From a virus (lineage: Duplodnaviria > Heunggongvirae > Uroviricota > Caudoviricetes), in the IMG/VR virus record IMGVR_UViG_3300042890_002891, positions 130,831-194,830 of that record: 64,000 nt of DNA; one strand, given 5' to 3'. Numbering within the stretch: the stretch's first letter is position 1; each line of letters begins with the position of its first letter. The position numbers and the translations under genes were made by a program. The notes beneath the pieces were generated by a model. The model saw only the letters and a list, made by a program, of their open reading frames with translations. It searched no databases and had not been told where the DNA came from. Of this stretch, positions 62,784 to 64,000 are shown in pieces.

Positions 62784-63634
62784 ACCTCAACAGTCAGCAA
62801 TCGCCAGTCAGTGGCCTGCTGCTCATAACCGACATAGCCACGTGGGTTACAAACAATCCTGGTGGTACCAACCAGGTAATCAAACTCATGATGAGTGTGT
62901 CCATGTGTCCACAGTCGAATCTGCGGATGATCAAGAATAAACTCACTTAGGTCACTGCTGTATGCACCATTCACCATTTGGTCATCCTCGTACTGTGGCT
63001 TGGTACTGAGCTTGCTGGGACTGTGATGACCCACAACCACGTACTGCCGATCAGGTCGGGCTGTGATAGCAGTGTTCACAAACTCCAGCATGGCCTTGTG
63101 TTCTTCCACAGTGTCTTCAGGACTAAATCTGGACACACGAGTATGAAAGTTGCCATCTGTGTCACGAAAGTGGGTGTCTTTGGCGCTGTTGGTGATGCAA
63201 CGAAAATCGTTCATGTAGCCGCGAATAGCATACAAGGTGTGCGGATCTTCGCGATTCATGTCTGTCCATAACGTGCCAGCCAGAAACGTGATGTCACCGA
63301 TATCAAGCGAATCTTTTTCCATAATGTGCAGGTTAGGCAAATAACTCAACACATCTCTAAGGCGTGGAATAGTTTTTGCAAAGTCATGATTGTAGTGCTC
63401 ATGATTGCCCACAATGTACACCACATGCTCAAACCGTTCTGAACAGCGTTGGAAGAATTTGTGATAGCGACCGCTGCGGCCATCTATGCCCAGCACTTCA
63501 ACGGTGTCATGTGCAACCATGTCTTTGGCCACACAGATATCGCCTGAGAGAATCAGAACCTGTGCTGACTCTGTGTTGGCAAAGTCAAGGTCACCAAACT
63601 CCAGATGGAGGTCACTGCAAACTGAGATTTTCAT
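62780..63634 (-). CDS. Calcineurin-like metallophosphoesterase
   Basis: SDLHLE...LSGD...GNHE...GHH...HGHTH. Confidence 0.9.
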   Translation of the reverse strand: MKISVCSDLHLEFGDLDFANTESAQVLILSGDICVAKDMVAHDTVEVLGIDGRSGRYHKFFQRCSERFEHVVYIVGNHEHYNHDFAKTIPRLRDVLSYLPNLHIMEKDSLDIGDITFLAGTLWTDMNREDPHTLYAIRGYMNDFRCITNSAKDTHFRDTDGNFHTRVSRFSPEDTVEEHKAMLEFVNTAITARPDRQYVVVGHHSPSKLSTKPQYEDDQMVNGAYSSDLSEFILDHPQIRLWTHGHTHHEFDYLVGTTRIVCNPRGYVGYEQQATDWRLLTVEV

Positions 63635-64000
63635 GTTGTGCTCTAGATTGTTGTTGTAGTGTTTCCACTGCTGTGTCATCACCATTGAATATTGTCAATG
63701 ACTTGTCCGGAAATCTGGCTCTGAAACGTTGAACTATTTCGGTTACATCAACGCCTTGACACACAAATTCCTGAGTCAGTGCATTATAGCACAGATACTG
63801 ATTGTGGTCAACTTCTACCGTGAGCAAGATTAGTTGGCCAGCAACAGCACGTTCCATCACGTCCAGGACTGGTTGCAGTTCAGTCTGATACTGTTTTATT
63901 TTTATCAGGAGATATGTTTTTAGCACCAGTTGTGCTAGCCAAGTGACCAAGATAATAGCACCGGCGATCCAGAGCACCCATTGGGCGAAATCAACAATAG
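63612..64000 (-). CDS. Membrane-anchored hypothetical protein, 5'-truncated by window edge
   Basis: Frame is open to position 64000. Confidence 0.55.
   Translation of the reverse strand, partial: IVDFAQWVLWIAGAIILVTWLAQLVLKTYLLIKIKQYQTELQPVLDVMERAVAGQLILLTVEVDHNQYLCYNALTQEFVCQGVDVTEIVQRFRARFPDKSLTIFNGDDTAVETLQQQSRAQHENLSLQ

Noticed and set aside
1-64000. Stop-codon reassignment as seen in some large phages
   Set aside because: Known proteins (ClpA, NadE, PhoH, RFC, GH19) are full-length in the standard code, and TAA, TAG and TGA all terminate genes with dense packing.

Overview
A segment of a large lytic tailed-phage genome (T4-like/jumbo-type gene repertoire). Almost every gene is on the minus strand and reads in the standard code. 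No tRNA, rRNA, CRISPR array, integrase or reverse transcriptase was seen. About 1-49 kb is a late region: TAAATA boxes sit just upstream of start codons, and it encodes putative head-internal proteins, ClpA/DnaJ/GroES chaperones, lysis and exported proteins, a sulfation/methylation cluster, PhoH, radical SAM enzymes, a clamp loader, baseplate/fiber proteins, ErpA, SOD and IF-1. About 50.6-64 kb is an early region driven by near-consensus sigma70 promoters, several of them copies of one ~50-nt repeat, and it includes NadE, an Hc1-like protein and an AT-rich methyltransferase plus putative endonuclease pair. The Bug/TctC, ErpA and IF-1 proteins suggest a betaproteobacterial host (inference). The most striking signal is a set of ORFs that begin with a T4-CTS-like leader (M-x-x-x-E/D-F/I-I/L/V-x-E). 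Three long ORFs (two carrying this leader, plus 7264-8886) are strings of unrelated domains (GNAT, ParB-like, amidoligase-like and others) joined by a recurring Q-G-V-A-E-G linker. The linker is encoded by a conserved ~17-nt repeat (13 copies) and often bounds AT-rich modules. This looks like a cassette-shuffled, protease-processed polyprotein cargo system. Also notable are a translationally coupled array of small FxL(K/R)W-ending paralogs and a one-promoter-one-gene early cassette array. All domain calls come from motif recognition by eye; no database searches were run.
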